NCBI GenBank assembly: GCA_020137815.1
Contig: CM035350.1
Location: forward strand, 7,502,001-7,566,000
DNA: 64,000 nucleotides
Source: Hormiphora californensis
Lineage: Eukaryota; Animalia; Ctenophora
Direction: 5' to 3'
The position numbers and the translations under genes were made by a program. Shown piece after piece: positions 36,038-47,402 of this stretch (its first letter is position 1; each line of letters starts with the position of its first letter). The notes beneath the pieces are model-generated. The model was not told the DNA's origin. It was given only the letters and a program-made list of their open reading frames with translations, and did not search any database.

Positions 36038-37103
36038 ATGTCTGCCTTTCCCGAGATCAAGTCTACCCACTCCCTGGTTGCTAAGCACGTAACCAAGGAG
36101 AAATGGGACAAGCTCTCCGGAATCACCACCAAGACCTCTGGATTCACTTTGGCCAAGGCCATTGCCTGTGCTGTTGAAGTTTGACAACCAGCACTGCGGA
36201 ATCTACGCTGGTGACAAGGACTCCTACAGCGACTTCGCTGATGTCTTTGATCCCATCATCCAGGAGTACCATGGAATCAAGGCCGATGCCAAGCACACCT
36301 CCGACATGGACTCTACTAAGATTGTGGGAAATGTGAACCCTGAGGCCCCTGTTAAATCTACCAGGATCAGGGTCGGCCGATCCATCAACGGATATGGACT
36401 GTCCCCAGGAATCACCAAGGATCAGAGGCTCGCTGTTGAACAGCTCTTCGCCTCTGCCTCTAAGAAGTTCCCCGAGGAGCTCGCCGGAGAGTACTACCCT
36501 CTGACTGGTATGGATGAGAAGATCCGACAACAGCTTGTTGATGATCATTTCCTCTTCGTGTCTGGAGACCCCAACCTGAAGGTCGCTGGAATGGAGCGAG
36601 ACTGGCCCGAGGGTCGAGGTATCTTCCACAACAAAGAGAAGACCTTCCTTGTGTGGGTGAACGAGGAGGATCAGCTCAGGATCATCTCCATGCAAAAGGG
36701 TGGTGATGTGAAGGGTGTATTCGAGCGACTTGCCCAGGGAATCAAGGCTGTTGGTGATTCTGTCAAGGAGGAATCTGGCCAAGACTTTATGTTGGATGAG
36801 AAATACGGATACATCCACTCTTGTCCCACCAATCTGGGAACCGGAATGAGGGCCTCCGTCCACATCGACCTACCCGGATGGACCAAGGATGGAGTTGACA
36901 AGCTGAAGGCTAGGTGCGAGGAGCTGGCTCTTCAGCCCCGAGGAACCCGAGGAGAGTCTGGTGGCCAGACTGGACACACCTACGATATCTCCAACAAACA
37001 TCGACTGGGATACTCTGAGGTGCAGCTGGTGCAGACCATGATTGATGGAGTGAACAAGCTCTACGAGGAGGATCTTGCACTCCAGAAGAAGCACGGAATG
37101 TAA
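36038..37103 (+). CDS. Arginine-kinase-type phosphagen kinase copy 1 (single domain; +1 frameshift at ~36177, error or pseudogene)
   Basis: ATG at 36038 with the same N-terminus as copy 2 (MSAFPEIKSTH). 'gttgaagtttgac' here versus 'gttgagtttgac' in the paralogs (1066 vs 1065 nt). Motifs WVNEEDQLR, CPTNLGT, RGTRGE intact. Confidence 0.88.
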
Positions 37104-37419
37104 TTTTAATGATTATAATAACATTTTGAGATGGCATTGACTGTTTCTCAACGCCCATATTTTGTAACTTATTGTTTAGGTCTCTAAACGGAAAAAGCTT
37201 TACCGGTTTTTGTGTAATTAATTCCATGTATTGCCTTTACAAAGCTATATAATTTTCCCGAAATTTAAAAAAATCAGTTTTCTTTTGTAAATACCTGTCA
37301 GGCCAAATGCTCTGTCCACGGTTCTCACACGCTCCATTTAAAAAGGCCAATGCTCTGACAGGTAAATATAACGGGGAGGAAGGTTTGTCGAGGGAAAAAG
37401 ATTGGCTTGATCTGCCGAT

Positions 37420-39170
37420 GTGAGCCACACACAATGTAGTGTGAGCCACACAAAATGTAGTGTGAGCCACACACAATGCAGTGTGAGCCACACACAATGT
37501 AGTGTGAGCCACACACAATGTAGTGTGAGCCACACACAATGTAGTGTGAGCCACACACAATGTAGTGTGAGCCACACACAATGCAGTGTGAGCCACACAC
37601 AATGTAGTGTGAGCCACACGCAATGTAGTGTGAGCCACACAAAATGTAGTGTGAGCCACACACAATGTAGTGTGAGCCACACACAATGTAGTGTGAGGCA
37701 CACACAACGTAGTGTGAGCCACACACAATGTAGTGTGAGCCACACACAATGTAGTGTGAGCCACACACAATGTAGTGTGAGCCACACACAATGTAGTGTG
37801 AGCCACACACAATGCAGTGTGAGCCACACACAATGTAGTGTGAGCCACACGCAATGTAGTGTGAGCCACACAAAATGTAGTGTGAGCCACACACAATGTA
37901 GTGTGAGCCACACACAATGTAGTGTGAGGCACACACAACGTAGTGTGAGCCACACACAATGTAGTGTGAGCCACACACAATGTAGTGTGAGCCACACAAA
38001 ATGCAGTGTGAGCCACACACAATGCAGTGTGAGCCACACACAATGTAGTGTGAGCCACACAAAATGCAGTGTGAGCCACACACTATGCAGTGTGAGCCAC
38101 ACACAATGCAGTGTGAGCCACACACAATGCAGTGTGAGCCACACAAAATGTAGTGTGAGCCACACACAATGCAGTGTGAGCCACACACAATGTAGTGTGA
38201 GCCACACACAATGTAGTGTGAGCCACACAAAATGTAGTGTGAGCCACACACAATGCAGTGTGAGCCACACACAATGTAGTGTGAGCCACACACAATGTAG
38301 TGTGAGCCACACACAATGTAGTGTGAGCCACACACAATGTAGTGTGAGCCACACACAATGCAGTGTGAGCCACACACAATGTAGTGTGAGCCACACGCAA
38401 TGTAGTGTGAGCCACACAAAATGTAGTGTGAGCCACACACAATGTAGTGTGAGGCACACACAATGTAGTGTGAGGCACACACAACGTAGTGTGAGCCACA
38501 CACAATGTAGTGTGAGCCACACACAATGTAGTGTGAGCCACACACAATGTAGTGTGAGCCACACACAATGTAGTGTGAGCCACACACAATGCAGTGTGAG
38601 CCACACACAATGTAGTGTGAGCCACACGCAATGTAGTGTGAGCCACACAAAATGTAGTGTGAGCCACACACAATGTAGTGTGAGCCACACACAATGTAGT
38701 GTGAGGCACACACAACGTAGTGTGAGCCACACACAATGTAGTGTGAGCCACACACAATGCAGTGTGAGCCACACACAATGTAGTGTGAGCCACACACAAT
38801 GCAGTGTGAGCCACACACAATGTAGTGTGAGCCACACAAAATGCAGTGTGAGCCACACACTATGCAGTGTGAGCCACACACAATGCAGTGTGAGCCACAC
38901 ACAATGCAGTGTGAGCCACACAAAATGTAGTGTGAGCCACACACAATGCAGTGTGAGCCACACACAATGTAGTGTGAGCCACACACAATGTAGTGTGAGC
39001 CACACACAATGCAGTGTGAGCCACACACAATGTAGTGTGAGCCACACAAAATGCAGTGTGAGCCACACACAATGCAGTGTGAGCCACACACAATGTAGTG
39101 TGAGCCACACACAATGCAGTGTGAGCCACACAAAATGTAGTGTGAGCCACACAAAATGCAGTGTGAGCCA
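37420..39170. repeat. 21-bp minisatellite (GTGTGAGCCACACACAATGTA), ~83 copies, with higher-order structure
   Basis: Direct observation. The 600+ aa ORFs in several frames are translations of the repeat. Confidence 0.97.
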
Positions 39171-40707
39171 TGTACAAAGGTTGGCGGAGTGCAGCTGTAG
39201 CTGTCTGGCGCCGTACTGGACCCCATCTGAGTGCACTGTCAAATCGGGGTCTGGCGCCGCTGTAGTTACTGTCAGGCCAATGCTCTGACCACAGATCTCG
39301 CGCTTTGAAAGGAATGAGAATATGGTCAGGCCAATGCTCTCTGACAGTGTAGCTATGAAAATTCATAATTCTCGAATGTGAGAGATGATTGAACACTCGT
39401 CACTCACTTGTTTACTGAACGTGTACACTGTACCTTGAATAAACCTGTCTGGTGGCACCTAATCGATCTGGGTTGTTGAGTAAGGGTGCAGAGATCTGAG
39501 CACTCTGTCGATTGAGAATCAAAACGTGGTCTGGCGACGCCAGATTGAATAACTTCGGTGTGTACTGTGCATGGTGTCAGGGCTTTGGTGTCAAACTATC
39601 AAGACTTTCTACATCAAAAGTTGCGTTCCACCTATTTTCAGCACTAAATCTGAAAACTACCGTCTGGTCGGTTCAATTGCTCCGGCTGTCTTTTAACTTC
39701 ATCCATAATTTATTACCTGATTATATATCACAAGTAAGTACCGGTACCTCTGCTTCTCCAATCTTCAATCTAATATTCTAATCTGAGCACGGCGGAGTAT
39801 ATGTTTGGTAGAGCCAAACAGTTTTGTTTGACCGTGATTTTGTTTCTTGGTTAAGGGGTTGGGCCTGTCAGGCCAATTCTCTGATAGGGTAGTAATGGAT
39901 TGTTCTACTAACAGTTTAGCAGCTCGAGGACATGTCTGTCGAGATGTTGTTTGATTTGCTATGGCAGTCTCCAGATAGCTTAGTACAACTTGATGACAGC
40001 TAAAGTGTACATGAAGCAAGGCACTAAGTGAACTTGTTTTTAGATTTCAACAACATTGCACTCTTGTGTGCCATGTTAGCTAGCTCCTAGTCTCATAGTA
40101 CATGCTGACTACTATCTGACTGTGTCATACTGAACACTTGAACCAAGTTAATAATGACATTCTTTTGATATAGTCATTGAAGACAGAACATACTTTTTGT
40201 AAAAAGGGTTCTGACCAAATGTTTTTATGAAGGAGCAATGTTTTAACCGTTCGCAAGAACTCATAAAATACAACTTTTCCTTGCCTTGCTGTGCCTTCGA
40301 ACTTGTAAACTTCCTAAATAGATTATGTTTTTAGCTGTCGGGCCGAGTCTCTTGAGCTATAGCTGCCACAATGTCCATAGTTCTTATATCCACCGGCAGG
40401 TGATGAAATTGCGTTAGTGCAAGGTAGTCCAGTAAACCTCCGGCTGCTGGTCTCACATCCTTTGCAACACTAGTCGGGGGTTTAAGCCGCAATTAGAGGG
40501 CCGTTCTCTATAACGTGCGGGAGAACGAAGCCGTACTTATATGCACTGCACATGCACGGAATCTACTACCCATTCAAACTATGTTATTCTATTAGCTTGA
40601 ATATACCATTTGCTCGCGTCCAGTTCTTGTGTTTCCATTTTTACTATCACACAGTTAGCCATTTGCTTCAGTCAATTTCCAAGAAATAACCAGAACCCCG
40701 TTACAGG

Positions 40708-41772
40708 ATGTCTGCCTTTCCCGAGATCAAGTCTACCCACTCCCTGGTTGCTAAGCACGTAACCAAGGAGAAATGGGACAAACTCTCCGGAATCACCACC
40801 AAGACTTCTGGATTCACTTTGGCCAAGGCCATTGCCTGTGCTGTTGAGTTTGACAACCAGCACTGTGGAATCTACGCTGGTGACTGGGACTCCTACAAGG
40901 ACTTCGCTGATGTCTTTGATCCCATCATCCAGGAGTACCATGGAATCAGTGCCGATGCCAAGCACACCTCCGACATGGACTTCAGCAAGATCACCGGAAA
41001 CGTGAACCCCAAGGCTCCCGTTCACTCCACCAGGATTAGGGTCGGCCGATCTATCGATGGATTCGGTCTGTCCCCCGGAATTACCAAGGAACAGAGGGTC
41101 GGAGTTGAGAAACTGTTCGCCTCTGCCTGCAAGAAGTTCCCTGAGGATCTCGCCGGAGAGTACTACCCTCTGACTGGTATGGATGAGAAGATCCGACAGC
41201 AGCTTGTTGATGATCATTTCCTGTTCGTGTCTGGAGACAGAAATCTAACTGTCGCTGGAATGGAGCGAGACTGGCCCGAGGGTCGAGGTATCTTCCACAA
41301 CAAAGAGAAGACCTTCCTTGTGTGGGTGAACGAGGAGGATCAGCTCAGGATCATCTCCATGCAAAAGGGTGGCGATGTTCTCGGAGTCTTCAAGAGGCTC
41401 GCTAGGGGAATTGGAGCTGTCGGAGACTCCGTCAAGGCCGAGTGCGGAAAGGACTTCTGTCTTGATGAGAAATACGGATACATCCACTCTTGCCCCACCA
41501 ACCTGGGAACCGGAATGAGGGCTTCTGTCCACATTGACCTCCCCGGATGGACCAAGGATGGAGTTGAGAAGTTGCAGGCTAGGTGCGAGGAGCTGGCTCT
41601 TCAGCCCCGAGGAACCCGAGGAGAGTCTGGTGGCCAGACTGGACACACCTATGACATCTCCAACAAACATCGACTGGGATACTCTGAGGTGCAGCTGGTG
41701 CAGACCATGATTGATGGAGTGAACAAGCTCTACGAGGAGGATCTTGCCCTCCAGAAGAAGCACGGAATGTAA
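40708..41772 (+). CDS. Arginine-kinase-type phosphagen kinase copy 2 (single domain, 354 aa, intronless CDS)
   Basis: ATP:guanido phosphotransferase signatures: GIYAGD, STRIRVGR, DDHFLF, WPEGRG, NEEDQLR, CPTNLGT, YDISNKHRLG. Confidence 0.95.
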   Translation: MSAFPEIKSTHSLVAKHVTKEKWDKLSGITTKTSGFTLAKAIACAVEFDNQHCGIYAGDWDSYKDFADVFDPIIQEYHGISADAKHTSDMDFSKITGNVNPKAPVHSTRIRVGRSIDGFGLSPGITKEQRVGVEKLFASACKKFPEDLAGEYYPLTGMDEKIRQQLVDDHFLFVSGDRNLTVAGMERDWPEGRGIFHNKEKTFLVWVNEEDQLRIISMQKGGDVLGVFKRLARGIGAVGDSVKAECGKDFCLDEKYGYIHSCPTNLGTGMRASVHIDLPGWTKDGVEKLQARCEELALQPRGTRGESGGQTGHTYDISNKHRLGYSEVQLVQTMIDGVNKLYEEDLALQKKHGM

Positions 41773-42266
41773 TTGTTGTAAAGTTTGAACTGACTTTTCT
41801 GTAAACCTTTCATTGTAATGCAGCAGTATAACTCACTCGTTTTACTTTGTTTTATACTTTTCAATCAGTGCATAGCACACTCACATTTCAAGCAGATCTT
41901 TTTACATGATCCCTTCTCTATCTCTCAACTCTTTCTCTTGGATAGTTGGTGTCCAGGCAACAGCGATGGTGCGAACATGCACTCTTGCAAGGATCGCATG
42001 CACAGTTTCACTAGTGCACACGGCCCCACTATTCAGCTGCTGTTGCTGCTTTGTCCTTGTCTGTCTATTTGACGATAGCGGCATAGTCGCGGCCATGTTG
42101 CATTTGTCCCACATTAGGCCAAGTAAATGTAAACTTGCATGCCCTGTGAGATGGGGAGAGGACGGCCGGAACTTGTGTGCTAATAAGATTACAACTCCCG
42201 AGGTGTTTTCAGGACATCCGGCTAGTCACTCACGAGCGAGAGAGAAAGGGAGAGAGAAAGGGAGAG

Positions 42267-42461
<195 letters not shown>

Positions 42462-42465
42462 AGAG

Positions 42466-42578
<113 letters not shown>

Positions 42579-43345
42579 CTCTCTCTCTTCTCTCTCACTC
42601 CCTCTCTCTAATCTCTCTCTATCTCCCTCTCCCTCTCTCTCTCATCTTTCCCGACTATTCTCTTCACCCACGTACCGCACATGTGCAACCTAAACTTGTT
42701 AATGACTACCAGATTTGTGCCGGGTTTGTTCGAGTAGGGAAGGTCGAGCAAGGCCAGGTTATCTTTTGCACCATGACGGTTTCACTGATCGAGATGCACA
42801 GCATGGTACTCGATGTTACTGCCTACTAACAATAATTTCAACCTGCACGGCTACTTCAATAATCTCGCTATGAAGGCCAACCGGAAATGCCTTGGCCCTT
42901 GACCTTATAAATCGGGGTAAACTGCCGTTTTTATGCCGCAAAAACTTGTCAGAATTCTTTACATTAGATATTTTTAAGTTAGGCAACTCCATAGGCCCAA
43001 AACCAGAAAGTGGTAAGTAGTTAGTAAGTTAGGGAAGGCAAGAAAATACAGTTAGCCACTGCCTATTTGTATCCACTGACTTGTACTGCTTCTGCCCTGT
43101 GCACCTCGCTACTGCTGCTGTAGGCTTCTTTCGCTATTCTCCTCTCCTTATGTTTTCAGTTTCTCTCTCCCTGAGTGCCCCTTGGTAGTTCTCTCCTTGG
43201 TCTCAGTAATTCTCACCATACACTCAACTATATTTTACCCTCTCTCTCTCCCCTTAAAAGGTCTGATCCTCATTCCATGCAAGTGGCCTTTATCGACCCT
43301 CTCTCATCGTGTGACGTGTATGTGTGTCATGTGTGTGTGTTTGTA

Positions 43346-43385
<40 letters not shown>

Positions 43386-44519
43386 TGTGTGTGTGTGTGT
43401 ACTGTGTTACCGTGCCAACATTCTTGCTACTCTTCTTCTGTTTCATGCACAGCTTGGTACTTGTTACCTTTCTTTCTTTTCTCACTCTGTCCACATTACC
43501 TGCATGTGATGCACAACTTCTTGCCCCTTTCCTTGCACACGTCTAAGCAGTGTGTGTACTTAAACTTGACCACCCTCGCCGGGTAAAATATTCCATTGGA
43601 GGAAAAGCTTTTCAATTTGTAGACCGGAAAACACTAAGCCCTCCCCCGACTTTTATTCACGAACATTCTTTCTCCCCTGTTGTGACTCTCATGTTGTCAG
43701 TCCCCCTCCGTTAGTCCTGGCACTGACATTTCAGGCATGAACTCCTCAGACCTTGTATTAAAACGTCATCCTTCTGAAGGGTTTCCGTTTGGTTATTGGT
43801 AATGCAATTACAGTCTTCCTCGGTTCTTCTCTCCTATCTCTTTCTCTCTCACTCTCTCACATTCACTCTCTCTCTCTCTCTCTCACTCTCTCTCTCTCCC
43901 TCTCATACAAACAGTGCACTTCCACTGCCACATTTGCTACTCGGGAGAAAGCAGAAATTCAATTTGCACAATTTCACCAGCTATTCAGGTGTCTTGTTCT
44001 CCTTCAAGAGAGAAAGATGGAAAACATCTCAGTGTTTGTCGTTTTTCCTCTCTTCTTGCCATATGAGGTCACAAGCATAGCGACAGTGTTTTGCCCAATG
44101 CCTGATTTGATTTCGGGGAAGACCTTGCACCTGCAGCACTGCACAACTCAGGATGTGTCTGCCTCTTCAAAAAACAACACACACACATTTACGGGGTACT
44201 CAACGATAGATTTCACATAGCTTCCAGATCCACGCCTTCGTGTGACTTCAGTGCTTGTTGTCTAAGTAAACTTTATTTAGTAATGACATGTGTGGCATGT
44301 TGGTATGGTTACAGAGGTCTCATATTACTGCGTAGGAGTCCTCTCTTTAGGTTGCCATAGTACCCATATCATAGCAGATACTCTCTCTACTGTTGATTTT
44401 GCTACCTTTATTCATAGCTCTACAACTTTCTGTTTTGATATGTAATGCGTTTATTCAATGAATCTAACTCGTTAATTCCCGTTTCAAGGCCGACACTGTC
44501 GGCCCGACGGCCGACTGCC

Positions 44520-45780
44520 AATTTTCAATAATTTTTTACTGGGAAGAACTATTTTAGGTATACTTACAAAGGCAAAGAAATCAATACACACATCAGAACC
44601 GTACACACTAAGGACCCCACACAGCGTTTGCTGCAGCTAAGGGGCCCTGAAATCTAGATAGAAGGCTAGTAAAATACTGCAAAAGCCTCGTCACGGTAAT
44701 TGAAGTACTAAAGAGAGGGGGTAGAAATACCTGGTGGACTGGGCGGCTATCCCGAGGGTGGAGCAGCCTCATATCTCGGACTGTGAACATGGACAGAGTG
44801 GGGAGGGGTAGGGGGAGGGGTAGGGGGAGGGGAGGTGTATTGTGTACTAGAGAACGTTACTGGGTACAATGGACTCAATCAGGTGTTTCTTAGTGAGACG
44901 GACAAACTCAGTCAGTGAATCACTCTGTCTGATAGAGTAGGGCAGCTTATTCCACAAATCAGTGACTCGGTGAAAAAAGCTAGCCCTAAGAGCCCTATGA
45001 GTGTTCGTGTGGTAGGCAGACATGAACACTAGAGTCGTTTTGTCACGACCCTCACGAATGTCACTATTCTGACGGGTGGCTCTGAGTGTGCTGGGGTTGA
45101 TCGGTTGAATGTACTGAGGGACAGTGATGGTAATCATACCATACACAATCTTGTAAAACAATCTAAGATCGTAAAACTCGAACAGCTGCTTAAACGGGAG
45201 AAGGTTCAAACTCAGCAGATGATCCACATACTCGTCATTTGTATACGAGGCAAGTGGTTCATTTCTGATCCATTTCACAACCCGTTTTTGCAGCAGTTCA
45301 AGTGACCTCAGACTACCAGCATTCACACACGACCAGACCTGGTTACAGTGCTCAACTAACGACCTCACCATGGACAGATACAGTGTTCTCTTACAAGAAC
45401 TCCTACTGAGGAAATAACAAGTCCTGCGGAGCAGGTTGAACTTAAACGACATGGATGTGATAATAGAGTCACAGTGGGAGTTGAAATCTAAAGTGCTGTT
45501 GATGACAATACCCAGGTCACGCTGGTTAGTGACATACTCCAGAGCCACCCCTCCAAGAGAGTAGAAGTACTTGTGGAAGGGGAGGCTGCTGAAAGGGTTA
45601 GATGACTGTGTGGTAGGGCTGATGACACTCAGAACCTGGCACTTAGCTGGATGAAACCGCATCATGCTCCGAATTGACCAATCATACAAGGCATCAATTG
45701 ACTTCTGAAGTTCAAAATGATCACTCATACTGTCTATTCTGCGCCAGATCTTGGTGTCATCAGCGTACAGGGAGATGTAT
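44520..45780 (-). mobile_element. 5'-truncated CR1/Jockey-group LINE (RT C-terminal part plus 3' UTR)
   Basis: Minus-strand frame begins ISLYADDTKIWR (~45740-45778) and continues as the 293-aa ORF (F.PAKCQVL, QRDLGIVI, LYLSMVRSLVE, LELLQKR, FFHRVTDLWNKLP). 3' boundary approximate. Confidence 0.88.
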
Positions 45781-46216
45781 GCTTCGCCTAATAATTTTTG
45801 TTAAAACGGAAGCTTGGCTAACCACTAAGTCATGCAGAACAGGCCAAACCTTTTTCCTTTTAGTCTCCCGGGCCCCGGTTATCACGCAAGACCGATGCAA
45901 AAAAGTGAAAAGTAAATAGTTAAAACGGCCATCTTGGAAATTAAAAAAATGGGACTTTTTTATTCTTAACTTTTTAAAGGAAACAGCAATCCGACACCGG
46001 GGTCTCAGATAATAAACGCACACCACGATCGGTCACAGAGTGAACCTGCAAAGTGGTACAACACCGAAGTGTCGAGAGTACCCTCGTATCCATCATGGAA
46101 CCCGGTATTGTCGGATTGCTGTTTGAAGTAAAGTAAATATATCTTCACGCCTCACACTGTACAAAATATAAATTCTAAAAAAGGGGGAGCCCTAACAAAT
46201 GTTCAAATGAGGTTAA

Positions 46217-46666
46217 AGGTTGACAAGATACCTAAAACTTTTCGTATATCGTCTTATTTTGATTTATCATTAATTTTCAGCATTTTTTCAGAATTTTTTG
46301 TCGGCTAGAAATATGTGCAAAATAGGGGGTCTACTGATAAACGAGAGGCGCAATTTAAAAATTGATACCGTAATATCTCCGGTTCCTGATGAGATACAGA
46401 AACCGTTTTGGTAGCGTTGGAAAGGTCTTATTGAGACCAATCCAACGCAACCAAGATCAAGTAGCTATCTTTTGAGGAACCGGAAACGTGAATTTCAATT
46501 TGCGAGACGCAGTGAGTGTGCCCAGTAAAACCAGTGCTGACAATATCGGTAGACCCCCTATTTCAAATTTTTTTCTAGTCGACAAAAAATTCTGAAAAAA
46601 TGCTGAAAATTAATGATAAATCAAAACAAGACGATATACGAAAAGTTTTAGGTATCTTGTCAACCT
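46217..46666. mobile_element. Kolobok-like MITE
   Basis: ~95-bp near-perfect TIRs starting AGGTTGACAAGATACC, flanked by TTAA on both sides (46213-46216 and 46667-46670). Purine-purine termini plus a TTAA target fit Kolobok. Confidence 0.82.
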
Positions 46667-46683
46667 TTAAGGTCCACATTGTT

Positions 46684-46837
46684 TATGAGGCCCCTCGGAA
46701 ATGTTCAAGTCATGCACAATCAAGTCACGCCCACCAATCACAGCTCAGAACGCGCGGAGTGCTTCACGCGTTCTGCGCTGTGATTGGTGGGCGTGACTTG
46801 ATTGTGCATGACTTGAACATTTCCGAGGGGCCTCATA
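46684..46837. mobile_element. Palindromic MITE-like element
   Basis: tatgaggcccctcggaaatg...catttccgaggggcctcata forms a near-perfect 154-bp hairpin with TA at both ends. Confidence 0.8.
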
Positions 46838-47402
46838 GGTGCATGATGGACTTTCACTCGCGAACCGGATGCGGAGTCTGAGGTATTCTATTGCTTTTAA
46901 TGGAACGCGCAAACTAGTTGGTTTATACGCTGCATTCATTTCCGGGGTCATTTTAATTTTTGCACTGCGCGCCGCGAAAATTCATCGAGCCTCGACATGA
47001 AAATTTTGCTCTCCAAAAAGTGTGCACTCTCCAAAAATCTCGCTCTACATTTTCGGACCATTTCTTTTTTCTTCCTTTTTTTTCATCCCATTATTTAATG
47101 AGAAAACCCTCTGCCACCAGGCCTCTTAACTTCCACAGCCTTTGTGTACACCGAGTTCATGAAACGTCAAACCAAACAGGGCCTTTAAAAATTAACTTTC
47201 TAAAACAGCAATCATGTCTAAAATAGGGAGACCACTGACCAGTGTTTTGACTCCTCAACAAATCAGTGTATAATACCCCATGTGACAAATAATATCGAAT
47301 GCCAAGGCCGGCATATCCGATAACATAACATGGTTCCCTACCAGCTGCCACAAACTTTGTCAGGCAAATTGATCTAACCAGTTCTTTTGTTTAGGAGCAA
47401 AT

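Noticed and set aside
37237-39396. 600+ aa Cys/His-rich ORFs (CGSHYIV, VSHTQCS, WLTLHCV), and the array as a possible CRISPR
   Set aside because: Open in most frames only because a 21-bp unit lacks stops. The units are contiguous with no unique spacers, and the context is eukaryotic with no cas genes.
40708-41772. Horizontal (bacterial) origin or contamination for the intronless kinases
   Set aside because: Embedded among spliceosomal genes, one copy has a GT-AG intron and a eukaryotic acylation leader; lack of introns alone is not evidence.
44798-44835. G-quadruplex-like G-run cluster
   Set aside because: Lies in the LINE 3' UTR, is C-rich on the element's sense strand, and has no independent evidence of function.
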